Positions 22,551 to 33,796 of a stretch of 64,000 bases of DNA are shown here, piece after piece. The DNA is from a cyanobacterium endosymbiont of Rhopalodia gibba (GTDB lineage: Bacteria; Cyanobacteriota; Cyanobacteriia; Cyanobacteriales; Microcystaceae), in contig CP067995.1 in NCBI GenBank assembly GCA_045159875.1, forward strand, positions 2,880,001 through 2,944,000, read 5' to 3'. The notes under the pieces are model-generated. The model saw only the letters and a program-made list of their open reading frames with translations, was not told the DNA's origin and made no database searches. The stretch's first letter is position 1, and each line of letters starts with the position of its first letter. A program made the translations under genes and the position numbers.

Positions 22551-23906
22551 TTAACGCATGGTCACAAATTCTTCGGCAGAAGTGGGATGAATACCAACAG
22601 TAGCGTCAAAATCAGCCTTTTTAGCTCCCATTTTTACTGCAATCGCTACTCCTTGAATAATTTCGGCAGCATGATCTCCTACCATATGTGCGCCTAAAAC
22701 CCGATCACTTTCTTGATGAACAACAAGTTTCATCAAAGTTTTTTCCTGTTTGTCAGGCAATACATAATACATGGGACGAAACTCGCTACTATATACTTTG
22801 ATAGCATCTTTCCCATATTGTTCTTTAGCTTTTGCTTCAGTTAGTCCTACTGTAGCAGCTTCCGGAGTACTAAACACGGCAGATGGAACATTTTCATAAC
22901 TCATCAGACACGATTTTCCCCCAAATTTAGTGTCAGCGAAGGCGCGGCTTTCACTAATAGCGACGGGAGTTAGATTAATACGATCTGTACAGTCTCCGAC
23001 TGCATATATATTCGGTTCTGCTGTTTGATTATACTTGTCGACAACGATCACTCCATTTTGCACTTTAACCTCTGTATTTTCTAATCCTAAGTTCTCTAAG
23101 TTAGGAATACGCCCAGTAGCAGCCAACCCAATGATATCGGCTAACACCATGTCATTATTGCTATCCCCTTCTAGAGAAATTGTTAAACCTTGGTTTGTTT
23201 TTTTGACTTCAGAGATGGAAGAGTTCTTTAGGATGCGAATACCATGTTCTTCCATAGACTCTTGGATTGTGGTTCGGATATCGTCATCAAACCCCTTCAA
23301 GATTTTATCGCGGCGAATAATCTGGATAACATCTGACCCTAGTCCATGCATAATACAGGCAAATTCTACCCCAATGTAACCCCCTCCCCAAATGACGACG
23401 CGCTTTGGTTGTTCGGGTAGTTCAAACATAGCATCAGAGGTCACTAAATATTCTTTTCCTGGAATGTTAGGTTTAATGGGACGTCCCCCCACAGCAATTA
23501 AAACTTTATCAGTTGTAACTTTTTTGCCATCTCCGACTTCTACGGTATGGGGATCGAGTAATTTACCATGGGTACGATACAGTTGAACATTGGATTTATC
23601 CAACATTCTTTGGTAAATACCATTAAGACGACCAACTTCCCTATTGATAGCGGCTATCATTTTAGGCCAGTCGAGGATACTTTTAACCGGACTCCATCCG
23701 TATCCTTGGGATTCTTCCAAGACTCTAGGGACGTGAGAAGTATAAACCATTAACTTTTTGGGAATACATCCTCTATTAACACAGGTTCCCCCTAGACGAT
23801 TAAATTCTGCTAACCCGACTTTAGTTCCATATTCGGCAGCGCGTCTAGCAGCAGCAATTCCTCCTGAACCACCACCAATAACAAATAAATCAAAATCAAA
23901 ATTCAT
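22551..23906 (-). CDS. gor: Glutathione-disulfide reductase
   Basis: GGGSGG, GGTCVNRGCIPKK, GGGYIGVEFA, IHPTSAEEFVTMR. Confidence 0.96.
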   Translation of the reverse strand: MNFDFDLFVIGGGSGGIAAARRAAEYGTKVGLAEFNRLGGTCVNRGCIPKKLMVYTSHVPRVLEESQGYGWSPVKSILDWPKMIAAINREVGRLNGIYQRMLDKSNVQLYRTHGKLLDPHTVEVGDGKKVTTDKVLIAVGGRPIKPNIPGKEYLVTSDAMFELPEQPKRVVIWGGGYIGVEFACIMHGLGSDVIQIIRRDKILKGFDDDIRTTIQESMEEHGIRILKNSSISEVKKTNQGLTISLEGDSNNDMVLADIIGLAATGRIPNLENLGLENTEVKVQNGVIVVDKYNQTAEPNIYAVGDCTDRINLTPVAISESRAFADTKFGGKSCLMSYENVPSAVFSTPEAATVGLTEAKAKEQYGKDAIKVYSSEFRPMYYVLPDKQEKTLMKLVVHQESDRVLGAHMVGDHAAEIIQGVAIAVKMGAKKADFDATVGIHPTSAEEFVTMR

Positions 23907-24482
23907 AATTCTACTAAATCTCCTAAATTATAGGTTTAAACTTTTCCCTTGTGCTTTTTTGTACTATTTTTTATTTTAAGACAGTTAGCTATTCAAACAC
24001 AATCACTACTTCTAATTGCATATTAGACCTTGTTCGTCAGTTTTTCTAACTCCTGGAGATATTGTTACTTTTTTTCCCAATTTAAACTCTGTAACAGATA
24101 ATAGCAATATTTTCCAAATATACTTTGTTTTCAGATATATAAAAAATTATAAATTTCCAAGGTTTGTTCCACAGATTTAACTTTCAAAATTGACAAAATT
24201 ATTAATAATAAATTTAATTAATTAAGGTAATTTTTTTTCAAACTTTAGACTTTTGAGAGAGTTTATATAGGTTAAAACCGCACAATTTTTTTCTATTGTA
24301 TTTAATGTTAAATTACTAACAAGAACAATAATTTTATTATTGTTTAGTCAATAATGATACTTAATACTTTCAGTTTATATGATAGGTAAATTCTATAGTT
24401 TAAGAATATTGGCAATTTTTTGAAAGGAAGTTATAACCTCAACGTTTTATAACTAGCAAATAAATTAAATTTTAAAAAAAGT

Positions 24483-24523
24483 AATAATTTAATTGATCTA
24501 CCTTATAGATCAATTAAATTATT
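24483..24523. repeat. Inverted repeat, 18-bp arms, 5-nt loop
   Basis: aataatttaattgatcta-cctta-tagatcaattaaattatt. Confidence 0.9.
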
Positions 24524-24779
24524 TTTAATGATAATATATGTTTTTTAATTTTAATAAGCTATGATTAAAGGCATTAAAGTTATAATTAGCTATTAAGATA
24601 ACAGTTAAGCAATAGCCAATTAACTATAGAAGAATAACGCTTAAAAAAATGGTTTTCTTCAAAAAAAGTATAAAAATATTGTATTTAACCTATTTTAACC
24701 ATTAAATATAATTGACCTGTTGATTTAATCTGTTAAGTTAAAAGTTGTTAATGTTAATATTTATTTTTAATTGTATTTA

Positions 24780-25380
24780 TTATATAAATCTATAAATCAC
24801 AACTGCAATACAATCCCAAAAATATAGCTAAATTAATCACAAAGACTACTAACATCCATCCCAAAAAATTTTTTAACTCCCTTAAAGAAAGTATCCTAAA
24901 ATTATTATCAATAGAAGCTTTAAAAACTAATTTAACCCTAATAAGACTTAATCAAAATTCTTATTAAGAATGATGGTTCAGGGTTATCCCGTCATAATTT
25001 AGTTATTCCAGAAGGATTAGTTACTGTTTGAAGGTTAATGGCTAAGAGATTAAAAGCAGAAACTTATCGTCAATTTGTAGCCTTACTGGAAGTTAATGGA
25101 GCTCTTAAAACTAGTTTAAAAAACATAGTTATTGAAAATAATTTTTAAGTTAACATGGGAACCATATCTGGTATTTCTGGATTGTTGGACTATCTAATTA
25201 TTTCTAGTTATTTCCCTTTAACTATTACGCTATTAGTTTTAATATAAACTACTCAGAAGTTCTTGTGTAAGAAACTAGAAAGGAAGTTGATAGTAGTACT
25301 ATTTGACGTGGTCGATTTATTTAGAAATGTCAAGCTACATGAGGGATAGTATCGTACCATAAGATTTTGTCCTTAAGTGT
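24780..25380 (+). pseudogene. dacB: D-Ala-D-Ala carboxypeptidase/endopeptidase PBP4 (S13) remnant
   Basis: DGSGLSRHNLVIPEGLVTV*RLMA..YRQFVALLEVNGALK..F*VNMGTISGISGLLDYL, with the KTG motif decayed; 5' boundary uncertain. Confidence 0.82.
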
Positions 25381-25482
25381 AATACAAAAAAGGCAAAAAT
25401 TATACATTAGGAGTAGTTGAAATGATGAAAGAAAAGAATAAGTTTTAATGAAAAATAGCTGATAATCCATTAGTCACTTCAA

Positions 25483-26097
25483 TTATTTCATAGCCGCTAA
25501 TAAAGCAATAAGGGCATTGTTTTCATGGGGATTAATTTCTTGATCTAACCAAGCAATCCTTACCGCAATGGGAAAGGCGCTCGCCGCTACATCCGGGTCA
25601 AGTTTTTTCAATAATTCTGGTGACTGAGGAACCTTCAGAGCCGATTTGATACTAATCAGAATAGATTTATCTAACTTAAGGGGAGAAAGCTGAGTTTCTA
25701 CCTCATGCCAGTCAATCTTATCCTTGGGAATTCCTAGTTGAATTAAATAAGCCAGTAATCTAGACAGTTTCAATTGTTGGCCATCATTCATATGGCTATA
25801 ATTACCATTGGTAGGGCTATCAATTTTAGAGTGTGATTGCCCAATCTGCATTTCCGATGATCGCAGATTTTCAAGAATTTGTTGCCAGTCTTTAGCATCA
25901 CATGAATCAGGTTTAGCTACTGTCAGACAAACATTAATGCATTCAGCATGAGGAGAAAGTTGAGTCACCCTCGCCTGGACCCCAAGATAACCTAACCAAC
26001 GAGCAATGGTGTTAACTAGAGTCGCTTGGGTAGCTTGAGAATTTGCTAACAAGCGGATTTGGGTTTGAACTAGGGGGCGAACAATTTGGGAGAGCAT
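25483..26097 (-). CDS. Conserved cyanobacterial hypothetical protein
   Basis: 204-aa clean ORF with ATG start and gene-like composition (MLSQIVRPLVQTQIRLLANSQAT). Confidence 0.75.
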   Translation of the reverse strand: MLSQIVRPLVQTQIRLLANSQATQATLVNTIARWLGYLGVQARVTQLSPHAECINVCLTVAKPDSCDAKDWQQILENLRSSEMQIGQSHSKIDSPTNGNYSHMNDGQQLKLSRLLAYLIQLGIPKDKIDWHEVETQLSPLKLDKSILISIKSALKVPQSPELLKKLDPDVAASAFPIAVRIAWLDQEINPHENNALIALLAAMK

Positions 26098-26978
26098 GAT
26101 AACTAAGATGCTTTAATTTCTCTTCTTTCCGTAATATAGATCAATTGTCAAGTTTAATGTTGTCACAAGGATAGCGAAACCAATTTCGAAGAAAAGTGTA
26201 AACTTACAAATCATAGTTTTAGTATAGGCGATTTGGGTGATAAAGAATTTTTTCGGAATACATAGGAAATTATCAGGCAGTTGCTTCTCTTTAAGCTTTT
26301 TTAGTCTCGGTACCCCATTTTTACTCACGAAGCAGATTCGTTCTGACTTCCTTGTATGGTTGATTGGTGTAATTAATTCCTAGATTTTGTCAAGATCTCT
26401 TAGGATTTTGCTATTTTTAAACAAAAAAACAAAGGATGTTCAGGCTGTTTACTCAAACTGTTTTTATTAAAAGGGCGATAGTCCTTAAAGTTAGTAAAAC
26501 TAAAACTAGAATTTTACCTATTTTTTTAGTTTTTCCTCTTAAAGTTTGTGCTTTTCTTTGTCTATAGTCGTTCTCAATAAAAAAACACCGATTACAGTAA
26601 AATTATCAGTTATATGTAAATCAATCAAGCTTGACTTTAAAAGTATCATTTAAACGGAAATTTACACGGACAAATGTTAATCTCAAAACCCGTTAGTCAC
26701 GTTTTTTCTGAATTTTCTAAAAAAGAAGATTAAGTGATATTTAAATTTTTTAAAAAAATACAGTTAAATTGCTATTGCTAACCAACAATTCCATCGCATC
26801 AAAGAATTAGTTAAGAATCCTCAAGTCAGCAAAATCTTTATAAGAGCAACAACTTACTTTGGGCTAAGTTAAAAACGCTATATTACCAAAGTTGAGAGTT
26901 AAAAATTGTCTCTAATTAGTCTGTGCTAAAAAGGACAAAGTTTGCTAAACTATACGAAAATTGTTTTTTCCAACTTTT

Positions 26979-27854
26979 ATGGAATGTATCATTAGCCGCC
27001 GTGCTCAATTCTCTGCGAGTCATCGGTATTGGCTACCCGAATTCGATGAAGAGGAAAATCAACGATTATTTGGGGCTTGTACATGGTTTCCTAGTCACGG
27101 ACACAACTATGTCCTCTACGTTTCTTTAATCGGAGAAGTCGATAATTATGGCATGGTCGAAAACCTTTCCACTGTCAAGCGAGTTATAAAAAAAGAAGTT
27201 ACTGGTCAACTCGATTATAGTTATCTCAACGACGTTTGGGAAGAATTCCAACACACCTTACCCACCACCGAAAACCTAGCAAGGGTAATTTGGCAAAGGT
27301 TAGCGCCCCATTTATCTCTTGCTAATATCCAATTATTTGAATATCCCCAATTATGGGCGCAATACCAAGGAAATGCCATGAAAGCTAGTTTAACCATTCG
27401 TACCCATTTCAGTGCGGCACATCGCTTAGCTCTTCCCGAATTAAGCTTAGAAGAAAACACCAAAATTTATGGAAAATGCGCCCGTCCCCACGGACACGGG
27501 CACAATTATCATCTCGAAGTTTCCGTTACTGGAGAGATTGATCCACGTACAGGGATGTTAGTGGATTTAGTTGCCTTACAAGAGGTGGTCAATAACTACG
27601 TAGTTGAACCGTTTGACCATAATTTTCTTAACAAAGATGTTCCTTACTTTGCTCAAGTCGTTCCTACCGCCGAAAATATTACCCTTTATATTGCTCAATT
27701 ACTGCAAAAACCTATTGGAGAACTCGATGTAGACCTTGATAAGGTTAAATTAATTGAGAGTCCCAACAACTCCTGTGAGATCTATTGTCGTAAGTCTCCT
27801 CAACTCCCTCAAGGATTAACCCATCAAAAATCTGTTTTAGCAACAACTAATTAG
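26979..27854 (+). CDS. queD: Tandem-domain 6-carboxytetrahydropterin / 6-pyruvoyl-tetrahydropterin synthase
   Basis: Two PTPS domains: FSASHRY..HGHNY..PTTENLA and FSAAHRL..CARPHGHGHNY..PTAENI; ATG at 26979. Confidence 0.88.
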   Translation: MECIISRRAQFSASHRYWLPEFDEEENQRLFGACTWFPSHGHNYVLYVSLIGEVDNYGMVENLSTVKRVIKKEVTGQLDYSYLNDVWEEFQHTLPTTENLARVIWQRLAPHLSLANIQLFEYPQLWAQYQGNAMKASLTIRTHFSAAHRLALPELSLEENTKIYGKCARPHGHGHNYHLEVSVTGEIDPRTGMLVDLVALQEVVNNYVVEPFDHNFLNKDVPYFAQVVPTAENITLYIAQLLQKPIGELDVDLDKVKLIESPNNSCEIYCRKSPQLPQGLTHQKSVLATTN

Positions 27855-28070
27855 TGAATTAAAATTAAAATAAGTTCACCTCAAACTGCTAAAAATTGAT
27901 TTAAAATTAAAACTCGAAGATTACAACAGAAAGTTAACAGTTGTTTGCAGGAAATGATCTAGCCATTAGTGTGTCTGGTAATATGGGCAAACGCTAGGCA
28001 GTATACTAAATGATACGACTGTCTTGTCGCCTGCAAAAATCTCCAATCTTAGATTAAGGATAGATGTACG

Positions 28071-28523
28071 ATGGAATCCCAAGCTCAAGAAAAAACGATC
28101 CCTCAAGGCTTAGATACTGACCTTCAAGGCTTAGATACTGACCTCCAAGGCTTAGATACTGAAGTTCCAGGGATATTGACAAAGCAAACGTCTATGACTG
28201 ATCAGCCTTGGCAGGAGTGGCTAGAACCTATAATTGATCTTCTTTCTAATGCCTCTGATTACATTGGACAATGGTTCAACACTTACAAACAATTGCTGAC
28301 GACTATCGGCATTGTCCTTCTTGCCATTATCAGCGTTAAGATTATTGTGGCTGTTCTCGGAGCAATTAGTGATGTTCCTCTTTTGGCTCCTGTTTTGCAA
28401 CTTGTAGGATTAACTCACGCTGCTTGGTTTGCGTGGCGTTATCTTTGGAAGGCATCTAACCGCCAAGAGTTAATGGCTGAATTTGATGCCCTAAGAAATC
28501 AAATTTTTGGCGAAAACGCCTAA
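28071..28523 (+). CDS. curT: CAAD-domain thylakoid curvature protein (CurT/CURT1-like)
   Basis: Two TM helices, AISDVPLLAPVLQLVGL..WFAWRYLWKASNRQEL. Confidence 0.8.
   Translation: MESQAQEKTIPQGLDTDLQGLDTDLQGLDTEVPGILTKQTSMTDQPWQEWLEPIIDLLSNASDYIGQWFNTYKQLLTTIGIVLLAIISVKIIVAVLGAISDVPLLAPVLQLVGLTHAAWFAWRYLWKASNRQELMAEFDALRNQIFGENA
28101..28163 (+). repeat. In-frame 21-bp tandem repeat x3 in curT
   Basis: cctcaaggcttagatactgac / cttcaaggcttagatactgac / ctccaaggcttagatactgaa, encoding PQGLDTD LQGLDTD LQGLDTE. Confidence 0.92.
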
Positions 28524-28541
28524 ATCAACTTTTTAGTCGAC

Positions 28542-28578
28542 AAAAATCCCTCCGACTATCATAGTACGGAGGATTTTT
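28542..28578 (+). terminator. Rho-independent terminator after curT
   Basis: Imperfect stem tccctccgactat-c-atagtacggagga with A and T flanks. Confidence 0.7.
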
Positions 28579-28749
28579 TATTTACATCCCATTAATTGTC
28601 TTGCATATAAATATAAAGGAATCCATTAGGATTTAACAATTATGCCATTGTTCAACGAAACATCGGTAAAGATTTTATGATATATTCAGAACCGAAGGTG
28701 AACGTGAAAGTTTTCCCAAGGTTAGCAGATTTTAGGAGACTTATAACTT

Positions 28750-29349
28750 ATGACGACAGAAGGACGCTTGCAGGTCGGTCAACCTGCGCCAGACTTCACC
28801 GCTACAGCCGTTATTGATCAAGAATTTCAGACCAAAAGACTATCTAGCTATCGTGGTAAATATGTTGTCTTATTGTTCTATCCCTTAGATTTTACCTTTG
28901 TTTGTCCTACTGAGATCATAGCATTTAACGATCACTATGACGAATTTGCCAAACTTAACACAGAAGTTTTGGGGGTATCGGTCGATAGTGAGTTCTCTCA
29001 CCTAGCTTGGATTCAAACTGATCGTAAAGAAGGGGGAATTGGTGATATTAATTATCCCCTAATTTCTGATATTAAGAAAGAAATTAGCACTGCTTATAAT
29101 GTCTTAGATCCAGAAGCGGGAGTTGCTTTACGAGGACTATTCATCGTTGACAAAGAAGGAATTGTTCAACATTCCACTATTAACAATCTTTCCTTTGGCC
29201 GTAGTGTTGAAGAAACCTTGCGGACTCTTAAGGCAATTAAGCATGTTCAAACCCACTCCAATGAAGTCTGTCCTGTAGATTGGAAGGAAGGAGACAGAAC
29301 TATGATTCCTGATCCTGTGAAAGCGAAAGTATATTTTTCAACTGTTTAG
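28750..29349 (+). CDS. ahpC: 2-Cys peroxiredoxin (AhpC/TSA)
   Basis: [14 protein letters not shown] and EVCP motifs; RBS aggag. Confidence 0.93.
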   Translation: MTTEGRLQVGQPAPDFTATAVIDQEFQTKRLSSYRGKYVVLLFYPLDFTFVCPTEIIAFNDHYDEFAKLNTEVLGVSVDSEFSHLAWIQTDRKEGGIGDINYPLISDIKKEISTAYNVLDPEAGVALRGLFIVDKEGIVQHSTINNLSFGRSVEETLRTLKAIKHVQTHSNEVCPVDWKEGDRTMIPDPVKAKVYFSTV

Positions 29350-31695
29350 TTTCTCTTTACCTGAACTAAACAAATTCCATAAGCCTCCACTGATTAAAAA
29401 TCGGGAGTCAGGTTCTGCCTGCAGTTGGAGATGTCTTAGTGTTGAAAGTTGATTTTAAAATGATTAATTTTAATCAGGGATAATGTTAACTTCTCCGAAT
29501 TTAAATTGCTTACATAAACGTTTTTGACTTTTCTCGACTAACGCGCGACAAATTAATAGCTAGGTGAAATAAGACCTTCAGTTTTTTTTATTATGATTTT
29601 GTTACAGTTAGACTAGAAGAGTCACAATTTCTTCTCGGTTTTTGTTGTTGATTGTTTACCTTGAGTTAGCATTGACTCTAATTCTGTTTTACAGCAATTA
29701 CCCGTAACGACTCCTCAAAACTATAATTTTTAGCGATAATATCCCCTGATCTTAATTTTTACACTATTTATTCACTAATAAATAATGTTTTCTTTTTTAT
29801 TATCTTCATAATACAGTAAGATCTCTTAGCCGAAATTATAAAAAGTTTGTGTAGCGAAGAATGGAGGATTAATTAATGATTACTAGTACCAATCAACAAC
29901 AAAACCGAATTGTAGTTAGGGAAGGATTTAGTATTAAAATTAAAAAATTCTGACTATTAAGTGTTCGGATGTATACACGGGAAAGTTCTAAATATACCCT
30001 TTCCAGCAAAACTTATCTGAAATCAAAAAAAATATAATATAAACATTTATTTTTTGTTCTTAAGCCCAACATGAGTGTTTACAAGTCCCAAAAATTTTCT
30101 AGCTTGAGGTAACTTTAAAAAAATTTAAATTATAACCTGGTGTGGGAGTTCTTCTCCAATTTTATTTCACAAATGAACTTAGTACAAGTATCTGCTTCAA
30201 GATCTAAAAGAGTTTCTTTTGATTTTTCTCTACCGAACGATTCAAGTTCAGGGTATTTCTGCCAAATTTTTTTAATGTCTTTTTTAAAATTATGTAATTA
30301 TTTTTTGGATAAAATAATAAAATTTTTCTTTTAAATCAGTATTTTTTTTTGTTTATTGGATAGTCTAAAACTCTTTTTAAAACAACACAATATGCTAATA
30401 TTTTAGAGGATTTTTAATAAATTTTAATAAATAGATTAACTACCAATTATTAATATTTTTTTAATTATTTATTGAGTTATTAATCCTTCAAACAAAAAAG
30501 CAAATAAAACTACTCTAAATATAGTATCGATATTTTTTATCTTTTAGGTAATAGAGTAAAAATACTTAATTTTAATGTAATGGAATACATACTCAGTAAG
30601 ATGATTTTTAAAAAATATTTTCTTGTTCACTTTTAAACGTAGTTTTTGTTAAAGTTAACGTTTTTTACTGAACTAAAATTATCCGGTATCTGGAAGTAAT
30701 TTTAGAAATTAAGCTTTAATCAATCCTAGATTATCATCTGATCCATTAAATAGAAAATAATTACGATAATTTATGACGTATTCAAGAATAACAAATTATA
30801 AATTTATTCTAAATGCTACTACAATTTTCCCAATTTATCTAATTATTTTGTTATTCAATGGGTGTTCTAGGTATAAAATAGAGTTAAAGATTGTTATTCT
30901 AAGAGAACATCAAACTATTTAGTATAAAAGTATACTCTGAAGATCTACTAAAAAATTAAATTTAATCTCGATTTACACAAAAGGACAGAAACTTATAATA
31001 GTCTTAGGAAGAAAGAAATATTTATGTTTGATATAAACCAAATTAATAATTTAAAAAAGCGATGACCACTGTCCCCTTATTAGATATAATTTTTTACTAA
31101 CTTCTAAGTCTCGAAATAGATGCCAATAGCTCACCTCTACTAATAAAGCAATTGCAAGAGATAAAGTAGTGAATTTACTAAAAGTTAAGGAGGGCTAGTG
31201 ATAGAACTAATGATTCCAACTACAGCACAAAGAACAAAAGGACAATAATTGATTGTGAACTTAAGTCAACGAAATATTTCAAGCGACTTCAAAGTAAGAG
31301 AGGTGAGAGAGAAATTTCTAGGATTGTCTCTACGGATAAACTGACTGAACGGATATCCATAAAAACTAAAGTCAATCCAACAATAACAAAACTCAGGAAA
31401 GAGTATATGAGGATTTGACGAATCTAAGAAATAATCGCCGTACTAAAAGAAGCCGGTAAGACTATTGAAAACTTCTTAAGATTAGCCTTTATCATTACAT
31501 CAGCTGCATGTAGAGTCCAAACCCATTATATTATTTCTAATTGCTGAATATCTGAGATCACTTAAGGTTAATAATTAGCCCGATGACTAAATGAATTGAG
31601 AATTAGGTAATCTCTTTACGAGCCAGTTTAAAATAGTTAGGTAAACCAATGATACAACTACTGATAACGTGCTATTGAGGAGGGGAGCTCAATCA

Positions 31696-32280
31696 ATGTC
31701 TTCTACTGTTGAAATGTCAATATCTGTGATCAGTTGGACAGAATCTTCTTTAACTAAAGTTCCAACTTCAGAAGAACTTGAACGGATCAATATCCATTTA
31801 GACTTAATATTGTTAGGATTAGAAGCTTTAACTAATCTTCATGATAATAGTCTGATTGAAGTAGCTACTGAACTAAGCTTACAGACAACCATGATTCAAA
31901 GTTGGCTTCCATGGGCACAAAGACAATCTCTAACGTCATACGAGAGCCAAAAATCAAAACCATTAAAAGTAGAAGAAGCGCGCTCGCTAATCGTTATTAT
32001 TTGCTATTTATGCAAACAAAATCAAGAAATCATCCGTCGTGCTGTCATCCTCTTGGAACAGATTACAGCCCAAAATAAAGATCCGTTGGGACTTGCCCTA
32101 CTGAACAATTACTTTAACAAGTTTGATCGTCTCTATCACTTAAACGTATCTAAAAACCAACGTCTCGAATATCCTCAGTTATCAAAATTGGCTTTTAAAC
32201 TCCTAGTAGATTTACTCTTTTACAGTACTACTAATGGCCATCACCGTCTTTGGTTAGCCATGTTAGATTATACCCGTTAG
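31696..32280 (+). CDS. DUF3038-like cyanobacterial protein
   Basis: HLDLILLGLEAL..VEEARSLIVII..LAFKLLVDLLFYS..GHHRLW; ATG at 31696 preferred. Confidence 0.75.
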   Translation: MSSTVEMSISVISWTESSLTKVPTSEELERINIHLDLILLGLEALTNLHDNSLIEVATELSLQTTMIQSWLPWAQRQSLTSYESQKSKPLKVEEARSLIVIICYLCKQNQEIIRRAVILLEQITAQNKDPLGLALLNNYFNKFDRLYHLNVSKNQRLEYPQLSKLAFKLLVDLLFYSTTNGHHRLWLAMLDYTR

Positions 32281-32335
32281 AACACCCTTTAAATTATTAA
32301 CTGCGCTCTCCCAATCCTCAATGTAAAGCTTATCT

Positions 32336-33796
32336 ATGAAATTATTTAGCAATACTCCTATTCGACGCTATACTCCTCCTACTTGTACTCTAGAATTGTG
32401 GGACAAACGCTCTTATTTATCTCGTTGGAAAGAAAAAGCCTCTCCAAAAGAATTAAATTTTGTGCTCAATTTCGATGATCCTAAACTCTTAGAAGAACAG
32501 CAAGTAACGCTTCAGGGAGATTTCCCTCAATTGGAAGTTTTATGTGACGTAGTTGCTTGTTATGCCCAAAATCTTCTCTATCAAACCGTTAATTGTTTGA
32601 CTTTTACTCATCAGTCTTCTTTTGAAGATACCAGCTGTTCGGTTGAACTTTCCTCTTTAACTCCTTCAAGTGAGAAAATAAATGAGCTCAATTTACCTCC
32701 CTCATTACGACCTAAAGGATTTTTAAGTCATCAGCTTAATTTAGGTTCCCTAGAAACTAAAGCTTCCCATTCCTTCGTTAGTTTGACTTCTTCTCAACTC
32801 TTTGATCTGCTTAACGCTTTAGAAGACTATCAAGAGGATCTGAGTGTCTTATCTTCTTCGAAGAATTCTATTCAACGTCAGGGAATTTGGGTGTGGACTT
32901 CGACAGCAGTAGTTGCTTTATTGGCTATTGCTATTCCGATATTGGGAGCAAAATGGTTCGATAGACTAAACTCTGGTGATGTGTCCCTAATTCAAAATCA
33001 AGAAAGTTCAGAACAAAGGTTATCTTTTCTAGATGTGTTGCCTCCTGTACCACCTCCACCTAGTTTCCCCATTTCTTCTCCATCAATGCCACCGATTTTG
33101 GCCACAAAAGATCCTTTACCCCCCCCCGAAAAGATTAGCATAGCGGACCCACCTCTTCGTAATCCATCTGTTGATATAAAAACCCCCACCCCTCCAGTTT
33201 TGTCACCTCCCTCTGTGTTACCCTTTGCTTCTCCACAATCCTTAACAGCTAATAACTACTATCAAGTCCATAACCAGCTTTCGGCTGAAGATATCCTAAC
33301 TCTTCAAAGAACAAGAACCCCTGCGATTATATCTTCTTCTCCTTTAACGATGACTGATCGTATTAGTGCTATTTCTAGTATTCCTACTCCACCGTCCCTA
33401 CAAGCTGAGACGTTAATAGAACGATCTCCTGAAAAACAAACCCCCCAAACTCCAATTGTTAACCCTTTGTCCGAAGATTATATCTTTGCTGAACCAACCC
33501 TCCAGACAACTCTTCTTGATGCCATCCCTCAAGTAGCAGAAGCTCGTCAGTATTTTCAGCAACGCTGGCAACCTCCTAGAAATCTTTCTCAAACCCTAGA
33601 ATATCGCTTAATAGTTCAGCCTGATGGTTCCTTGAAACAGGCGGTTCCTCTGGGAAAAGCAGCTATTGTGTATTATCAGAAAGCATCTATTCCTACCCCT
33701 GGGAGTGCTTTTGTTTCTTCTCTCGATATATCGGAGAATCAAACTATTCGCCTAGTGTTAAGTCCTAATGGTAGAGTTAAAACCTTTTTGGAGTAG
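32336..33796 (+). CDS. DUF4335-like membrane protein with Pro-rich linker
   Basis: RRYTPPTCTLE N-terminus, QLFDLLNALEDY, one TM helix, C-terminal YFQQRWQPP..QTLEYRL. Confidence 0.75.
   Translation: MKLFSNTPIRRYTPPTCTLELWDKRSYLSRWKEKASPKELNFVLNFDDPKLLEEQQVTLQGDFPQLEVLCDVVACYAQNLLYQTVNCLTFTHQSSFEDTSCSVELSSLTPSSEKINELNLPPSLRPKGFLSHQLNLGSLETKASHSFVSLTSSQLFDLLNALEDYQEDLSVLSSSKNSIQRQGIWVWTSTAVVALLAIAIPILGAKWFDRLNSGDVSLIQNQESSEQRLSFLDVLPPVPPPPSFPISSPSMPPILATKDPLPPPEKISIADPPLRNPSVDIKTPTPPVLSPPSVLPFASPQSLTANNYYQVHNQLSAEDILTLQRTRTPAIISSSPLTMTDRISAISSIPTPPSLQAETLIERSPEKQTPQTPIVNPLSEDYIFAEPTLQTTLLDAIPQVAEARQYFQQRWQPPRNLSQTLEYRLIVQPDGSLKQAVPLGKAAIVYYQKASIPTPGSAFVSSLDISENQTIRLVLSPNGRVKTFLE

Noticed and set aside
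28101..28163. CRISPR-like repeat
   Set aside because: No spacers, in-frame inside a CDS, and no cas genes. No CRISPR array was seen anywhere in the window.
29500..31600. ORF 30140 and a possible lipoprotein remnant near 30774
   Set aside because: Low-complexity, stop-riddled sequence with no identifiable family.
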